NCBI GenBank assembly: GCA_946498375.1
Contig: CAMMOI010000002.1
Coordinates: 1-60,452, forward strand
DNA: 60,452 bases
Origin: an uncultured Mycoplasmatota bacterium
Lineage (GTDB): Bacteria; Bacillota_I; Bacilli_A; RF39; UBA660
Direction of reading: 5' to 3'
Both the position numbers and the translations under genes were made by a program. The notes below the pieces were generated by a model. The model worked only from the letters and a program-made list of their open reading frames with translations. It was not told where the DNA came from and made no database searches. Of this stretch, positions 38,747 through 48,752 are shown in pieces. The first letter of the stretch is position 1, and every line of letters begins with the position of its first letter.

Positions 38747-39334
38747 CTAATTATTAATTATATTAGTTATTTGATAATATACATCATACCAGGTATATGC
38801 TCTAAAAATATTTTTGCCATTACACATTTTATTATATCCAGCATTAAAACAAATTACAGGTATAATCTTGGATATATTATTAATGTTTTCAACCTTATCT
38901 TCTATCATAATATCTATATTATTTTTCTTGCATATTTCAAGCTTATCTTCAGGGCTAAAAATTATTTTATCATAATTAATTTTGTTACGTTTTAACCAAT
39001 CTTTTACGATTTTTCTCATTTCTTTTCCTAAGTTATCATTTCTATTTGTAAGATATCTTGCTGTGATTATATATATTTTATAACCATTATTTTTTAATTT
39101 ATCAATAACTTCATTTGAAAATTTTCTTGCCGGTTCATTTTTAGCATAGTCATATAAATAATAGTTCCAAAACTCAGAATCCATTTCTTTTGTTGCATTA
39201 AAAACAACATCACTATCATAGCCATCTGGAACGACAATATTTTTATTATATTTTAAGAAAAATTTACTTCCAACATCTAATTGCCATTTTTCAAAATCAG
39301 TTAAAACACCATCTATGTCTATTCCTATTTTCAT
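38747..39334 (-). CDS. HAD-superfamily 5'(3')-deoxyribonucleotidase-like hydrolase
   Basis: The N-terminal MKIGIDIDGVLTD contains the DxDG HAD motif I. Size and layout match NT5C-like proteins. Confidence 0.6.
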   Translation of the reverse strand: MKIGIDIDGVLTDFEKWQLDVGSKFFLKYNKNIVVPDGYDSDVVFNATKEMDSEFWNYYLYDYAKNEPARKFSNEVIDKLKNNGYKIYIITARYLTNRNDNLGKEMRKIVKDWLKRNKINYDKIIFSPEDKLEICKKNNIDIMIEDKVENINNISKIIPVICFNAGYNKMCNGKNIFRAYTWYDVYYQITNIINN

Positions 39335-39480
39335 AAAACCTCAAATATTATTCAATTATATTATTTTTTGTTATCTTAAATTAAGATATTTATTTATAAT
39401 GATTATATCATAAAGATTTTTATATAAGTAAAAAATTAGTTATATTTTAATATTGTTTAAGTAGAAGCGATATTACTAAA

Positions 39481-40440
39481 TTAAAATAAATTTTTATATC
39501 TTTTTACTAACTCTAATATTTTTTGTTTAGTATTCACTTTTGAGGGAGGTATTTCTTTATGATAATTTTCTAAGATTTTTGCATTTTTTTCTTTTGTATC
39601 TTTATGCGGACTATCTAATGTAAAATCAAATTCATCATCAGCAAATGAAAATAAATCATTAGTTGGATACTGTATTTGAAAATCGATTATTGGTTTAAAA
39701 TGAAGTGACATTCTCCAATCATCTAGACAAGCACTATTAGAGGTTTGATATAAACATCTAGTTATAAAGTCTTGTAAATGACTGTTATTAGAGTTTGAAT
39801 AATTTTTACAAATATCCATATATTCATGTAGCATTAAACTGTACTTTTCATATACTTCATCTTCATGTAATTCACTTTCATAAGAAGGACCAATATCATA
39901 TATTCTTTTTTTTATATATTGATATATTTCTATATTTTTTAATTCGCTAGAATGTATAATTTTAATTTTATCTATATTAAAAATGTATTTATAAGTATCA
40001 TAATCGGTAATCATTCCCCATGTTGTATCAATAACTGTTCTTTTATTTTTAAAATTTATTACGATAAAAGTATGTTCAAATTTATCAATTTTGCTATTAG
40101 ATTTTTGATTATAATGATTTGCATAATTTATTAAATTACAAGTGATTATTTCGAAATTATCAAAATATAAACTTAATGCAACAGCACAAGCATGACAATA
40201 CCCTCCAGAATAACATGATTTTAGTAACGCTTTAACTGGAAAACATAAAAAATAGTAATTAGGTAAATTTTGTAAAAATGCTGCATAATATTTTGCTCTT
40301 TCAATTTTATATGGTCTGTTCCAATCATCATTAATAAGGCCAGTCCACCAACCAGCAGCTCTTTTATAACTTAAATAATCGTAAAAAATGACTTTATCAT
40401 TATCTTGTGCATCTTTCATTCTTTGTTCATACAAATCCAT
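39481..40440 (-). CDS. hypothetical protein with a Cys/His motif (possible transglutaminase/papain-like fold)
   Basis: LLKSCYSGGYCHACAVAL ... FEHTFIVI ... VIDTTWG. The pattern is shared with 1324..2418. Confidence 0.45.
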   Translation of the reverse strand: MDLYEQRMKDAQDNDKVIFYDYLSYKRAAGWWTGLINDDWNRPYKIERAKYYAAFLQNLPNYYFLCFPVKALLKSCYSGGYCHACAVALSLYFDNFEIITCNLINYANHYNQKSNSKIDKFEHTFIVINFKNKRTVIDTTWGMITDYDTYKYIFNIDKIKIIHSSELKNIEIYQYIKKRIYDIGPSYESELHEDEVYEKYSLMLHEYMDICKNYSNSNNSHLQDFITRCLYQTSNSACLDDWRMSLHFKPIIDFQIQYPTNDLFSFADDEFDFTLDSPHKDTKEKNAKILENYHKEIPPSKVNTKQKILELVKRYKNLF

Positions 40441-40576
40441 AATATCTCCTTTTTAAAAACTGTTTTATATAATATCATAAAGGCTAAATTTTGCAATTTA
40501 ATTTTAAAGATTAATAATATTAATGGAATTATTATAAATAAAAAAACAACTCATAACCAGAGTTGATATTTATATC

Positions 40577-40616
40577 AAAAGTTCGAATAATTCGAACATA
40601 TTTCTAAAATGGTGCC
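40577..40616 (-). repeat. tRNA-Leu 3' end plus terminator hairpin; partner of the inverted copy at 189..227
   Basis: Includes hairpin GTTCGAA-tta-TTCGAAC followed by TTTT (read in the tRNA orientation), which acts as the tRNA terminator. Confidence 0.75.
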
Positions 40617-40696
40617 TGTGGTGGGAGTCGAACCCACACGATATTGCTATCACTGGATTTTGAGTCCAGCGCGTCTACCAATTCCGCCACACAGGC
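40610..40696 (-). tRNA. tRNA-Leu (anticodon CAA)
   Basis: Cloverleaf read by hand. Acceptor GCCTGTG/CACAGGC, anticodon arm CTGGA-CTCAAAA-TCCAG, long variable arm, T-arm GTGGG-TTCGACT-CCCAC, encoded CCA. Confidence 0.9.
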
Positions 40697-40788
40697 ATAA
40701 TATAATTATAGCAGATATTTAAATTTTAATAAAGATAATATTAAAAAATTGCAATAAAAAAGTACTTTAATTCAAAAAGTATCTTTTA

Positions 40789-41403
40789 TTAATATGGAGA
40801 AGGAATAGTTGTAGTTCCACCATCTGATGTTGCATAATCAGTATAATATACTTCATCTCCATTATCAGTTGCACTTAATTAAAGACGAGCTGCAAAAGTT
40901 TTCCCTTGGTTACTATTTTGATTAGCTCCAGTTTCTTTAAAATGAAGTGTTAAAGTACAAGTTTGAGTTACACCAGAATTAATAGTTCCTGATATAATAT
41001 TTTGAGCATTAGTACTTGTAGATGGTGCAGTAGTTTGAGAACGATTAGGACCAGAGTTATTACAAGATATAGAATATACTAAATCTGATTTTACAGCAAA
41101 ATTATTAGTAAGTCCAGCTGCTCACTGAATTGTATAAGTAAGAGGAATATCAGCATTATTTTTTATTTCAAATGTTTTAGATGCACTTGCTCCTGGATAG
41201 GCGTTAGTTAAATTTATTGTATCAGTATCAGCAAATGAAAGCGTTAAATTTTTAGCTGTAGTTACAATAACAGAACTTGCAGTAGTATTTCCCGTAACTG
41301 ATGCAGTAAAATATGCATAAGTCCCGGCAATTAAAGCCACCAATATAGTTAAAACAACAACTAGAGTTAAAACAATATTTTTATTAATTATCTTATTACT
41401 CAA
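40789..41403 (-). pseudogene. type B TasA-like subunit, copy 2, disrupted by two in-frame nonsense codons
   Basis: 205 codons collinear with 19112..19720. TGA (41122-41124) sits where the paralog has Trp (IQWAAG). TAA (40879-40881) sits where it has Gln (KLQLSA). TTG start follows AGGAGA. Confidence 0.8.
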
Positions 41404-41629
41404 GTTATATCATCTCCTAAAGTAATTATATCATAAGAATTGAAAAACAAAATTAATAAATTGCAAAATAAAATTGTAAATGAATAGAATTTAATATAGT
41501 AAGCTATTTCATAAATTCTAATAGTTGCTAAAATAAAAAAGATTAGTTAGAATATAGATAAAGGGGAATTTTGAATTATTGATATTAAATTATGACAAAT
41601 ATATTTATATTAGTAAAAGGATTATGATT

Positions 41630-42391
41630 ATGAAAAAAAATAAAAAGAAAGAAAAGTTAACTTTTTCTAAAAAATTATTTTTATTACTAAGATTTGTAGT
41701 AATAATTATTTTAGTTCATAATATTATAATTAAAAATTATGAAAATGTTTTTGTTTGTATTTTAACCCTTATTTTGTTTGTATTGCCATTTTTTATTGAA
41801 CATAAATTTAAGATAGAAATTCCTGATTTTTTAGAGATAATTATATTGTTATTTATATTCAGTGCGGAAATTTTAGGAGAATTAAATTCTTTTTATACAT
41901 TATTTCCAAATTGGGACACTATTTTACATACGGTAAACGGTTTTATAATGGGAGCCATTGGTTTGTCATTAATTGATCTTTTAAATAAATCTAAAGAAAC
42001 TAAGATTAATCTTTCACCAATTTTTGTGTCAATAGTTGCTTTTTGTTTTTCTATGACTATAGGAGTTTGTTGGGAATTTTTTGAATTTGGAATGGATAAT
42101 ATTTTTAAATTAGATATGCAAAAAGACACTATAATTAATGAAATTAATTCAGTAAGTTTTGATGAAGATAATTTAAATAAAGTACATCATGTACAAATAG
42201 ATTCGATAATAATTAATGGTCAGGATTGGCAAAAGTTATATGGAGGATATATTGATATTGGCCTAATAGATACAATGGAAGATTTATTTGTTAATTTTAT
42301 AGGAGCATTAACATTTTCGATAATTGGATATTTTTATAGTGCAAATCACTCTAAGCATCAAATGAAAAGATTGCTTATTGTATCTAATTAA
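41630..42391 (+). CDS. polytopic membrane protein of unknown function
   Basis: ATG at 41630 lies 8 nt after AAAGGA; the track start is TTG 41579. Several hydrophobic helices. Confidence 0.5.
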   Translation: MKKNKKKEKLTFSKKLFLLLRFVVIIILVHNIIIKNYENVFVCILTLILFVLPFFIEHKFKIEIPDFLEIIILLFIFSAEILGELNSFYTLFPNWDTILHTVNGFIMGAIGLSLIDLLNKSKETKINLSPIFVSIVAFCFSMTIGVCWEFFEFGMDNIFKLDMQKDTIINEINSVSFDEDNLNKVHHVQIDSIIINGQDWQKLYGGYIDIGLIDTMEDLFVNFIGALTFSIIGYFYSANHSKHQMKRLLIVSN

Positions 42392-43314
42392 TTTAAATCG
42401 ACCTTATCGCCTTGATAAATATTTCTTTTAACCATTTCTTTATCGATATCATTTAAAACACAAAATTTTTTTAATAACCAAGAAGGTGCAACTAGATCTT
42501 CTTTTTTTGGATCCCCCGTTATACGATGAATAACAATATTTTTATTTAAATATCTTAATTGTTCACATACAATATCGATATATTCATCTTTGTTAAGAAC
42601 ATGAAATTTTTGAGTATTATATATTTGTTCTAGTTTAGTATTTTTTAATATATATAACATATGAATTTTAATGCCATCAATTTTTAAGGAATTTAAATAC
42701 TTAGCGGTTTGTATCATATCGTTTTTAGTTTCATATGGTAATCCATTAATAATATGTACAACTACATTTATATTTCGTTTTTTTAACTTTTTAACCATCT
42801 GTTCAAAATTATTTAAATCATGTCCTCTATTAATAAATTTCAGAGTTCTATCGTGCATTGATTGTAATCCTAGTTCAACTGTTAAAAAAGTTCTTTTATT
42901 TAAATCTGTTAAATAATCTAAAACCTCTTGGCTAATTGCATCGCTACGAGTAGCAATATTTAATCCCATAACGTTGGGAAATTTAATTACTTGTTCATAT
43001 TTTTCTTTTAAAATATCTAAAGGCGCATAGGTATTAGTATTAGCTTGAAAGTAGGCAATATATAATGCATTTGGCCATTTTTTATCCATTTTAGTTTTAA
43101 TATTGTCAAATTGTTCTTTTAAATTTTTATTCTTATCTCCAGCAAAATCACCACTACCTGATAATGAACAAAAAATACAGCCCTGGTTATTTTTAAAATT
43201 AGGACATGAAAAATTACCATTTAAACTGATTTTACTGACCTTTTTTTTAAATTTAGTTTTATAATAATAATTCAGCGTATGATATCTTTTATTATCTAAA
43301 GATTTATCAAACAT
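42388..43314 (-). CDS. radical SAM protein (TIGR01212/YhcC-like)
   Basis: The Cys cluster CPNFKNNQGCIFCS near the N-terminus is characteristic of the TIGR01212 family. Confidence 0.75.
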   Translation of the reverse strand: MFDKSLDNKRYHTLNYYYKTKFKKKVSKISLNGNFSCPNFKNNQGCIFCSLSGSGDFAGDKNKNLKEQFDNIKTKMDKKWPNALYIAYFQANTNTYAPLDILKEKYEQVIKFPNVMGLNIATRSDAISQEVLDYLTDLNKRTFLTVELGLQSMHDRTLKFINRGHDLNNFEQMVKKLKKRNINVVVHIINGLPYETKNDMIQTAKYLNSLKIDGIKIHMLYILKNTKLEQIYNTQKFHVLNKDEYIDIVCEQLRYLNKNIVIHRITGDPKKEDLVAPSWLLKKFCVLNDIDKEMVKRNIYQGDKVDLN

Positions 43315-43379
43315 AGTACCACCATTTAAAATTATAACATTAAATAATGAAATTTGAACACACTATAAGTGGTGGTTTA

Positions 43380-44483
43380 ATGAAACTAACAGAAATGAAA
43401 AAATTTAATTTATTTGTTTTTTTTACAATGCTGGCTAAATTTTCAGTAGATTTGTTTTTGCCAGTTATTTTATATAAATTAAATTATAGTATTAATTTTA
43501 TTTTATTATTTTTATTAATATCTTATATTTTCAATATTATAATTGCTATTCCTATTACTAAAATAGGTCAAAAATATAGTTTCAAATACTTATTACTTAT
43601 TAGTTTAATATTTTTTGTTTTACTTTATTTGGCTGTTAGTTTTATGAAAAAAAGTTTATTATGGTTTGTAATTATTGTTATTTTAAATAGTCTTTCCAAT
43701 ACTATGTATTATTTATCTAGACATAATTATGCATCTTTAGCATTAAATAAAAAAAATAAATCTCTTGGTGTAGGGAGTATATTAAATGTAACAATTTTAG
43801 CTAGTATAATAGCTTCGTTGGCTTCAAGTTTGTTGTTAGAAAAAATATCTATGAAATATGTAGTTATTATAGTTTCTATAACTTATTTTCTAGGTTGTTT
43901 ATTTATTTTTAAGATTAAAAGTCCTAAACCTTCAACTCACGATAGTATATTATCTGTTCATAAAAAATTACCTTTAAATTATAAAATATTTTATTTATTA
44001 GAGCAGTTTAAAGTGCTTTTTTTTACACTTTATCCATTATATGTATATATTTATATTCAAAATACTTATACTTATATTGGCATTTTATACCTTATTACAG
44101 GAATTGCTAGTATTATTTTTATTTATTTTTATACTCATAAAAATAAAAATGGCGATTATCTTAAAACAGCTAGTATTTTATTAAGCATATTGCTTTTTTT
44201 AGATATGTTAAATTTAAATAAATATTTGATATTAATAATTGTTTTTTTAGAAGGATTATTTACTCGATTGTATGATTTAAGTATAACTAAAAATATGTAT
44301 GCAATGCAAAAATCTATAGAAGGAAGTTCGTATTTTTTATATATGGAAATTTTATATGAAATAGGTAGAATTGTTATAATTAGTTTAGTATGGATGTTTA
44401 AATTAAAGTTAAAGACTATTTTATATATTTGTATTATTTTTATATTAATAAGCGGATTTATAAATTTAAAAATAGAAGATTAA
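43380..44483 (+). CDS. polytopic membrane protein (MFS-like transporter?)
   Basis: About 10-12 hydrophobic segments. ATG at 43380 follows GGTGG; start uncertain. Confidence 0.4.
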   Translation: MKLTEMKKFNLFVFFTMLAKFSVDLFLPVILYKLNYSINFILLFLLISYIFNIIIAIPITKIGQKYSFKYLLLISLIFFVLLYLAVSFMKKSLLWFVIIVILNSLSNTMYYLSRHNYASLALNKKNKSLGVGSILNVTILASIIASLASSLLLEKISMKYVVIIVSITYFLGCLFIFKIKSPKPSTHDSILSVHKKLPLNYKIFYLLEQFKVLFFTLYPLYVYIYIQNTYTYIGILYLITGIASIIFIYFYTHKNKNGDYLKTASILLSILLFLDMLNLNKYLILIIVFLEGLFTRLYDLSITKNMYAMQKSIEGSSYFLYMEILYEIGRIVIISLVWMFKLKLKTILYICIIFILISGFINLKIED

Positions 44484-44579
44484 TTTTAATATGTTGTCTA
44501 ATAATGTAAAAATTATTTTTAAATTTATAGAAAAAGAGTTCTTAAAATGATATTATGAGAATAGAGGTGGGATTTAAAG

Positions 44580-46994
44580 ATGAGTAAGATTCCAGAGTAT
44601 TTAAAAATAAATACTGATAATGCAACTTCTAAAGAAGAAGCCATATTTAAAGGGCAAAAGTATCGAATTACAATATTAAGTGAGCTTTTAATTCGTTTTG
44701 AATATGCTGAGGATGGTATCTTTTTAGATAGACCAACTGAATTAGTAATTAATCGTAATTTTGATGTCCCTCAAATGGAAGTTGATGAGGATGAAAAATT
44801 TCTAATAATTGATACTAAGTATTTTAAATTACAATATATTAAAAATCGTCCTTTTATTGGATCAAAAGTTGCTCCAGATGCTAATTTAAAAGTAACTTTA
44901 AATGGAACTGATAAAATGTGGTATTTTAATCATCCAGAAGCTAGAAACTTTGGAGCAAGCAGTATATCTTTAGATAATAGTGAAGCAGATGTTAAACTAA
45001 ATAAGGGATTATATTCAACAGATGGATTTGCTACATTGGATGATTCTAAAACATTAATAATAGATGATGATGGATCTCTAATCAAAAGGGATGCAATAAA
45101 AATAGATACTTATCTTTTTATGTATAGGCGTGATTTTGGACTTTGTCTTAGAGATTATTTCCATTTAACTGGATATCCGGCTTTAATTCCTAGATATGCT
45201 TTAGGAATTTGGTGGAATAAAAATGAAGCATATTCATTTGAAGATGTGAAAGATTTATTAGTTAATTTTAATAAATATGGAATTCCAATGAGTGTTTTTT
45301 TATTAGGTGATAATTGGCATATTAAAGATGCTACTCAACCTGATAAATTGAAAACCGGATTTACTTTTGATAATGAGGCTTTCCCTGATCCTGAAAATTT
45401 AACAAGCTACTTGCATGATCGAGGAGTGTATATGGGACTTAATATCGATCCAAGTGAAGGTATCATGCCTCATGAAAAAGCTTATTCAGATATATCAACA
45501 GATTTAGGATTAGCTGATAAAAATGTTATTCCATTTAATATATTTGATAAATTTTATATTGCAAATTATTTAGAAAAACTTATTAAACCATTAAATGATA
45601 TTGGTACAGATTTTATTTGGATAGATTATTATAATAAAGAAGATTTATTGTCATTAAGAGCATTAAATTATTATCAATTTAACATGTATAAACAAGGACC
45701 TAATCGTCGTGGATTTATTTTATCTAGAAATGGAGGAGTAGCTGCTCATCGTTATCCTGCACTTTATTCAGGACAAACTATAGTTAGCTGGAAAACTTTA
45801 AAAAATTTGCCATTTTATAATAGTGCAGCTAGTAACATAGGACTATCTTGGTGGAGCCATGATATAGGTGGATATAAAGATGGAATTGAAGATTCGGAGT
45901 TATATGTAAGATATGTTCAATTTGGAACATTTAGTCCAATTTTTAGATTTGCATCTAAAGAAGGACGCTTTTATAAAAGAGAACCATACAAATGGGATGT
46001 AAAAACTTTAGGAATTGTAAAAGAATATTGTAATTTACGACATCGTTTAATACCTTATTTATATTCTGAGGCATACAAATATTCTAAAACAGGTCTACCA
46101 TTAATCCAGCCCATTTATTATATAAATCCGGAGATTTATGATGAGCCATTATATAAAAATGAATATTTTTTTGGTGGGGAATTATTTGTTTGTCCAATAA
46201 CTTCTAAAAAAGATTTAGTAATGGATCGATGTGTTGAAAGAGTATTTTTACCTAATGGTGTCTGGTATGATTTTAAAACTGGTAAAAAAATAATTGGCAA
46301 TAAAAGATATGTGTTATTCTTTAAAGATGAGGATTATCCTGTATATGCACGTAGTGGATCGATAATTCCTTTAGCTATTTTAGAAAAAAATAAAAATGAT
46401 ACTAGCCCACCAAAAGCCATGGAAATACATATTTTCCCTGGAAAAAACAACTTTTATAACTTGTATGAAGATGATGGTGTAACTCGTTTATATGAAGATG
46501 GATATTATATTATAACTAGAATTGAATATAATTATCTGGCAAATAATTACACTTTAATTATTAGACCAATGGAGGGCAAAAGTGGTATTATTCCTGATAC
46601 TAGAGATTATAAAATCAGATTTAGGAACACAAAACTTGCCGATCAGGTAACAGTATCATTAGATCAAGATAATATAGCTTTTACCTCATATGTAGAAGAT
46701 GCAGATTTTATAGTAGAAGTAAAAAATATTTCTACACTTCGTCAATTAACAATTAATTGTCGAGGTCAAGATATTGAAATTGATGCTGTTAGATTAATAA
46801 ATGAAGATGTTGAATCAATAATTAATGATTTGCCAATCCCAACTATTTTAAAAGAAGAAGTTGCCAATATTTTCTATAGTGAAGAAGAGATATCTAAAAA
46901 AAGAATTAGTATCAAAAAATTAAGAAGAAAAGGCTTAAAAGAAGTATTTATAAGTATGTTTATTAAATTACTTGAATATATTGCTGAAATATAA
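44580..46994 (+). CDS. glycoside hydrolase family 31 (alpha-glucosidase/alpha-xylosidase-like)
   Basis: RBS AGAGGTGGG. GH31-type motifs DFIWIDYYN (nucleophile region) and WWSHDIGGY. Confidence 0.75.
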   Translation: MSKIPEYLKINTDNATSKEEAIFKGQKYRITILSELLIRFEYAEDGIFLDRPTELVINRNFDVPQMEVDEDEKFLIIDTKYFKLQYIKNRPFIGSKVAPDANLKVTLNGTDKMWYFNHPEARNFGASSISLDNSEADVKLNKGLYSTDGFATLDDSKTLIIDDDGSLIKRDAIKIDTYLFMYRRDFGLCLRDYFHLTGYPALIPRYALGIWWNKNEAYSFEDVKDLLVNFNKYGIPMSVFLLGDNWHIKDATQPDKLKTGFTFDNEAFPDPENLTSYLHDRGVYMGLNIDPSEGIMPHEKAYSDISTDLGLADKNVIPFNIFDKFYIANYLEKLIKPLNDIGTDFIWIDYYNKEDLLSLRALNYYQFNMYKQGPNRRGFILSRNGGVAAHRYPALYSGQTIVSWKTLKNLPFYNSAASNIGLSWWSHDIGGYKDGIEDSELYVRYVQFGTFSPIFRFASKEGRFYKREPYKWDVKTLGIVKEYCNLRHRLIPYLYSEAYKYSKTGLPLIQPIYYINPEIYDEPLYKNEYFFGGELFVCPITSKKDLVMDRCVERVFLPNGVWYDFKTGKKIIGNKRYVLFFKDEDYPVYARSGSIIPLAILEKNKNDTSPPKAMEIHIFPGKNNFYNLYEDDGVTRLYEDGYYIITRIEYNYLANNYTLIIRPMEGKSGIIPDTRDYKIRFRNTKLADQVTVSLDQDNIAFTSYVEDADFIVEVKNISTLRQLTINCRGQDIEIDAVRLINEDVESIINDLPIPTILKEEVANIFYSEEEISKKRISIKKLRRKGLKEVFISMFIKLLEYIAEI

Positions 46995-46997
46995 TCT

Positions 46998-47025
46998 AAA
47001 AAAAGAGAACATCAATTCTCTTTTA
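46998..47025. terminator. bidirectional terminator
   Basis: AAAAGAGAA / TTCTCTTTT between convergent genes. Confidence 0.55.
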
Positions 47026-47733
47026 ATTTGGCTTTTTTTTAACTAAAATCAAATTAGAATTAAAACCCATTGTTTTAATAAAATAAATTGAAAATACTTC
47101 TTTATTAAACATGCTTTTAATATCTTTTTGAGATAATAAATTAAGATTATTTATATCAGCCCAAAAATCGCCTTTTAAAATTTTAACAATTTTTTCAAAT
47201 AATTTTCTTGGTAACCAATGACAAAATGGTAAAAAAGTATGCATCTCTATTGGAAAATATCTATTGGGCGTAGTAATAAAAACATTTTTAGATACCCTTA
47301 AACATTCTTCTAAAAAAAATTTCTGATCGTTATGATTTCCTACATGTTCTAATACTGCAGAGCAAAATAGCTGATCAAATTGATTATCTTTAAAGGGAAG
47401 AGGTTCTTTAGCTTTATTTTGGACAAATTCTTTTAAACCATATTTTTGACACAAAAAATTATAATCTTCTATTGATGCTATTGTTAATTTATTTTTATAG
47501 GGATATAATTTTTCAAAAAAATTAGAGTCAGCCAAGGAAGTATCTGGAGTTACACCAAGGTCTAATACCTCATCAGTTGGTTTAGGATTACAAAATTCCA
47601 AAAATTTATTGTACATTTTATTCCTTGCTTTAAGAGAAAATTTAGTTTTAATTTTAAGTAAAGGGTTATTATATCCAAAATAGTCAATAACTTCATTATC
47701 CTTTTTGCTAATATTTAATTTTTTCTTTTTCAT
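47023..47733 (-). CDS. class I SAM-dependent methyltransferase
   Basis: Motif I-like VLDLGVTPD and FDQLFCSAVLEHVGN (Methyltransf_11-like). Confidence 0.65.
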   Translation of the reverse strand: MKKKKLNISKKDNEVIDYFGYNNPLLKIKTKFSLKARNKMYNKFLEFCNPKPTDEVLDLGVTPDTSLADSNFFEKLYPYKNKLTIASIEDYNFLCQKYGLKEFVQNKAKEPLPFKDNQFDQLFCSAVLEHVGNHNDQKFFLEECLRVSKNVFITTPNRYFPIEMHTFLPFCHWLPRKLFEKIVKILKGDFWADINNLNLLSQKDIKSMFNKEVFSIYFIKTMGFNSNLILVKKKPN

Positions 47734-47798
47734 AATTTTACCTTCTAATCTAAAAATAATATATTATATATTTAAATTCTAAAGCAAATCCTATTTAA

Positions 47799-47827
47799 TT
47801 GACAAATTAATGTAAATGTGCTATAAT
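47799..47827 (+). promoter_or_regulatory. consensus sigma-A promoter
   Basis: TTGACA (47799-47804), exactly 17 nt spacer, TATAAT (47822-47827). Confidence 0.7.
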
Positions 47828-47874
47828 TAAACTAGCAATGGGGATTGGTTAGTTTAATTATCATGTGTATTTCA

Positions 47875-47902
47875 AAAGAATCCTTATTGTTAAGGATTTT
47901 TT
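47875..47902 (+). terminator. intrinsic terminator inside the 5' leader of the kinase-like genes
   Basis: AATCCTTA / TAAGGATT stem with loop TTGT and T6. It lies between the promoter and the RBS AAAGGGGGA. Confidence 0.6.
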
Positions 47903-47923
47903 ATATTAAAGGGGGATTTGGTT

Positions 47924-48742
47924 ATGAAAATTATGTATAATGGAAAAATAGTTGATACTAACGATATGAAAGTACTTGGTGGTAATTTTGAAGGAATGGT
48001 GTATGAATATAATGGATCAGCTTTAAAAGTTTATCATCAAAATCCAGACAAAATAGTTTTGCCACAAGATACTTGTAATGATTTTACAAAAATAAAGACA
48101 AATGCTATATTAATGCCAGATAATCTTGTATATGCTTATGATGAAAATAATCAATTGTATTATCGCGGTTGTGGAACAAAACTAGTTAAAGGAGAAATTC
48201 CACTATCAGAAATGTGGCAAACACTATCAAAAGATAAATTACAACAACAGGGTGATATATTATATGATGATTTAGAAACTCTTACAAACAATAATGTTGA
48301 GATTTCAGATTTAGAATGTTTGGGTAATTTTATATATAATGGAAATATGTATTTTTGTGATTTTGGTAATTTTAAATTTAGTACTATGCCAAATTTGTAC
48401 AATAGTAATTTAAACGCTTTAAATGAAGCTTTGCATAGTCAATTAATACTTTTGGGTAAATCCAAAGAATTTCTAGAAGAAGAATTTTGTAATATGACAA
48501 ATTCTAATTTGGAATTTACAGAAGATTTTTATAATTTTATAATGAAAATTTATAACGATACTTATGAGGAAAATTTTTTGTATCTATATAAAGATTATTT
48601 AGTATTTTTAGAAGAAATATTAGAAGAATATGGTAGTATTGAAAATTATAAAATGGAATTATTAAATAATGCTTTGGATAGTGGAAGATATGAATTTAAT
48701 GAAGAGGAAAATGTGGAAGCTTTAAATAAAGTTTTACATTAA
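47924..48742 (+). CDS. minimal protein-kinase-like protein, paralog 1
   Basis: LGGNFEGMVYEY (Gly loop), ALKVY (AxK), ISDLECLGN (D...N) and CDFGNF (DFG). ATG at 47924 lies 7 nt after GGGGGA. Confidence 0.55.
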   Translation: MKIMYNGKIVDTNDMKVLGGNFEGMVYEYNGSALKVYHQNPDKIVLPQDTCNDFTKIKTNAILMPDNLVYAYDENNQLYYRGCGTKLVKGEIPLSEMWQTLSKDKLQQQGDILYDDLETLTNNNVEISDLECLGNFIYNGNMYFCDFGNFKFSTMPNLYNSNLNALNEALHSQLILLGKSKEFLEEEFCNMTNSNLEFTEDFYNFIMKIYNDTYEENFLYLYKDYLVFLEEILEEYGSIENYKMELLNNALDSGRYEFNEEENVEALNKVLH

Positions 48743-48752
48743 TGGGGTGTCT

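Noticed and set aside
189-40616. The ~40-kb interval between the two tRNA-Leu-derived repeats as a tRNA-integrated genomic island.
   Set aside because: The repeats are inverted rather than direct. The interval contains core genes (PFOR, recG, scpAB, an ABC importer), and no integrase is seen.
41122-41124. TGA at a conserved Trp position as evidence for genetic code 4 (TGA = Trp), as in Mollicutes.
   Set aside because: All long genes are open under the standard code with TGG for Trp. TGA ends leuS (53009-53011) and the S1-domain gene (60128-60130) at the expected C-termini. The same pseudogene also has a TAA at a Gln position.
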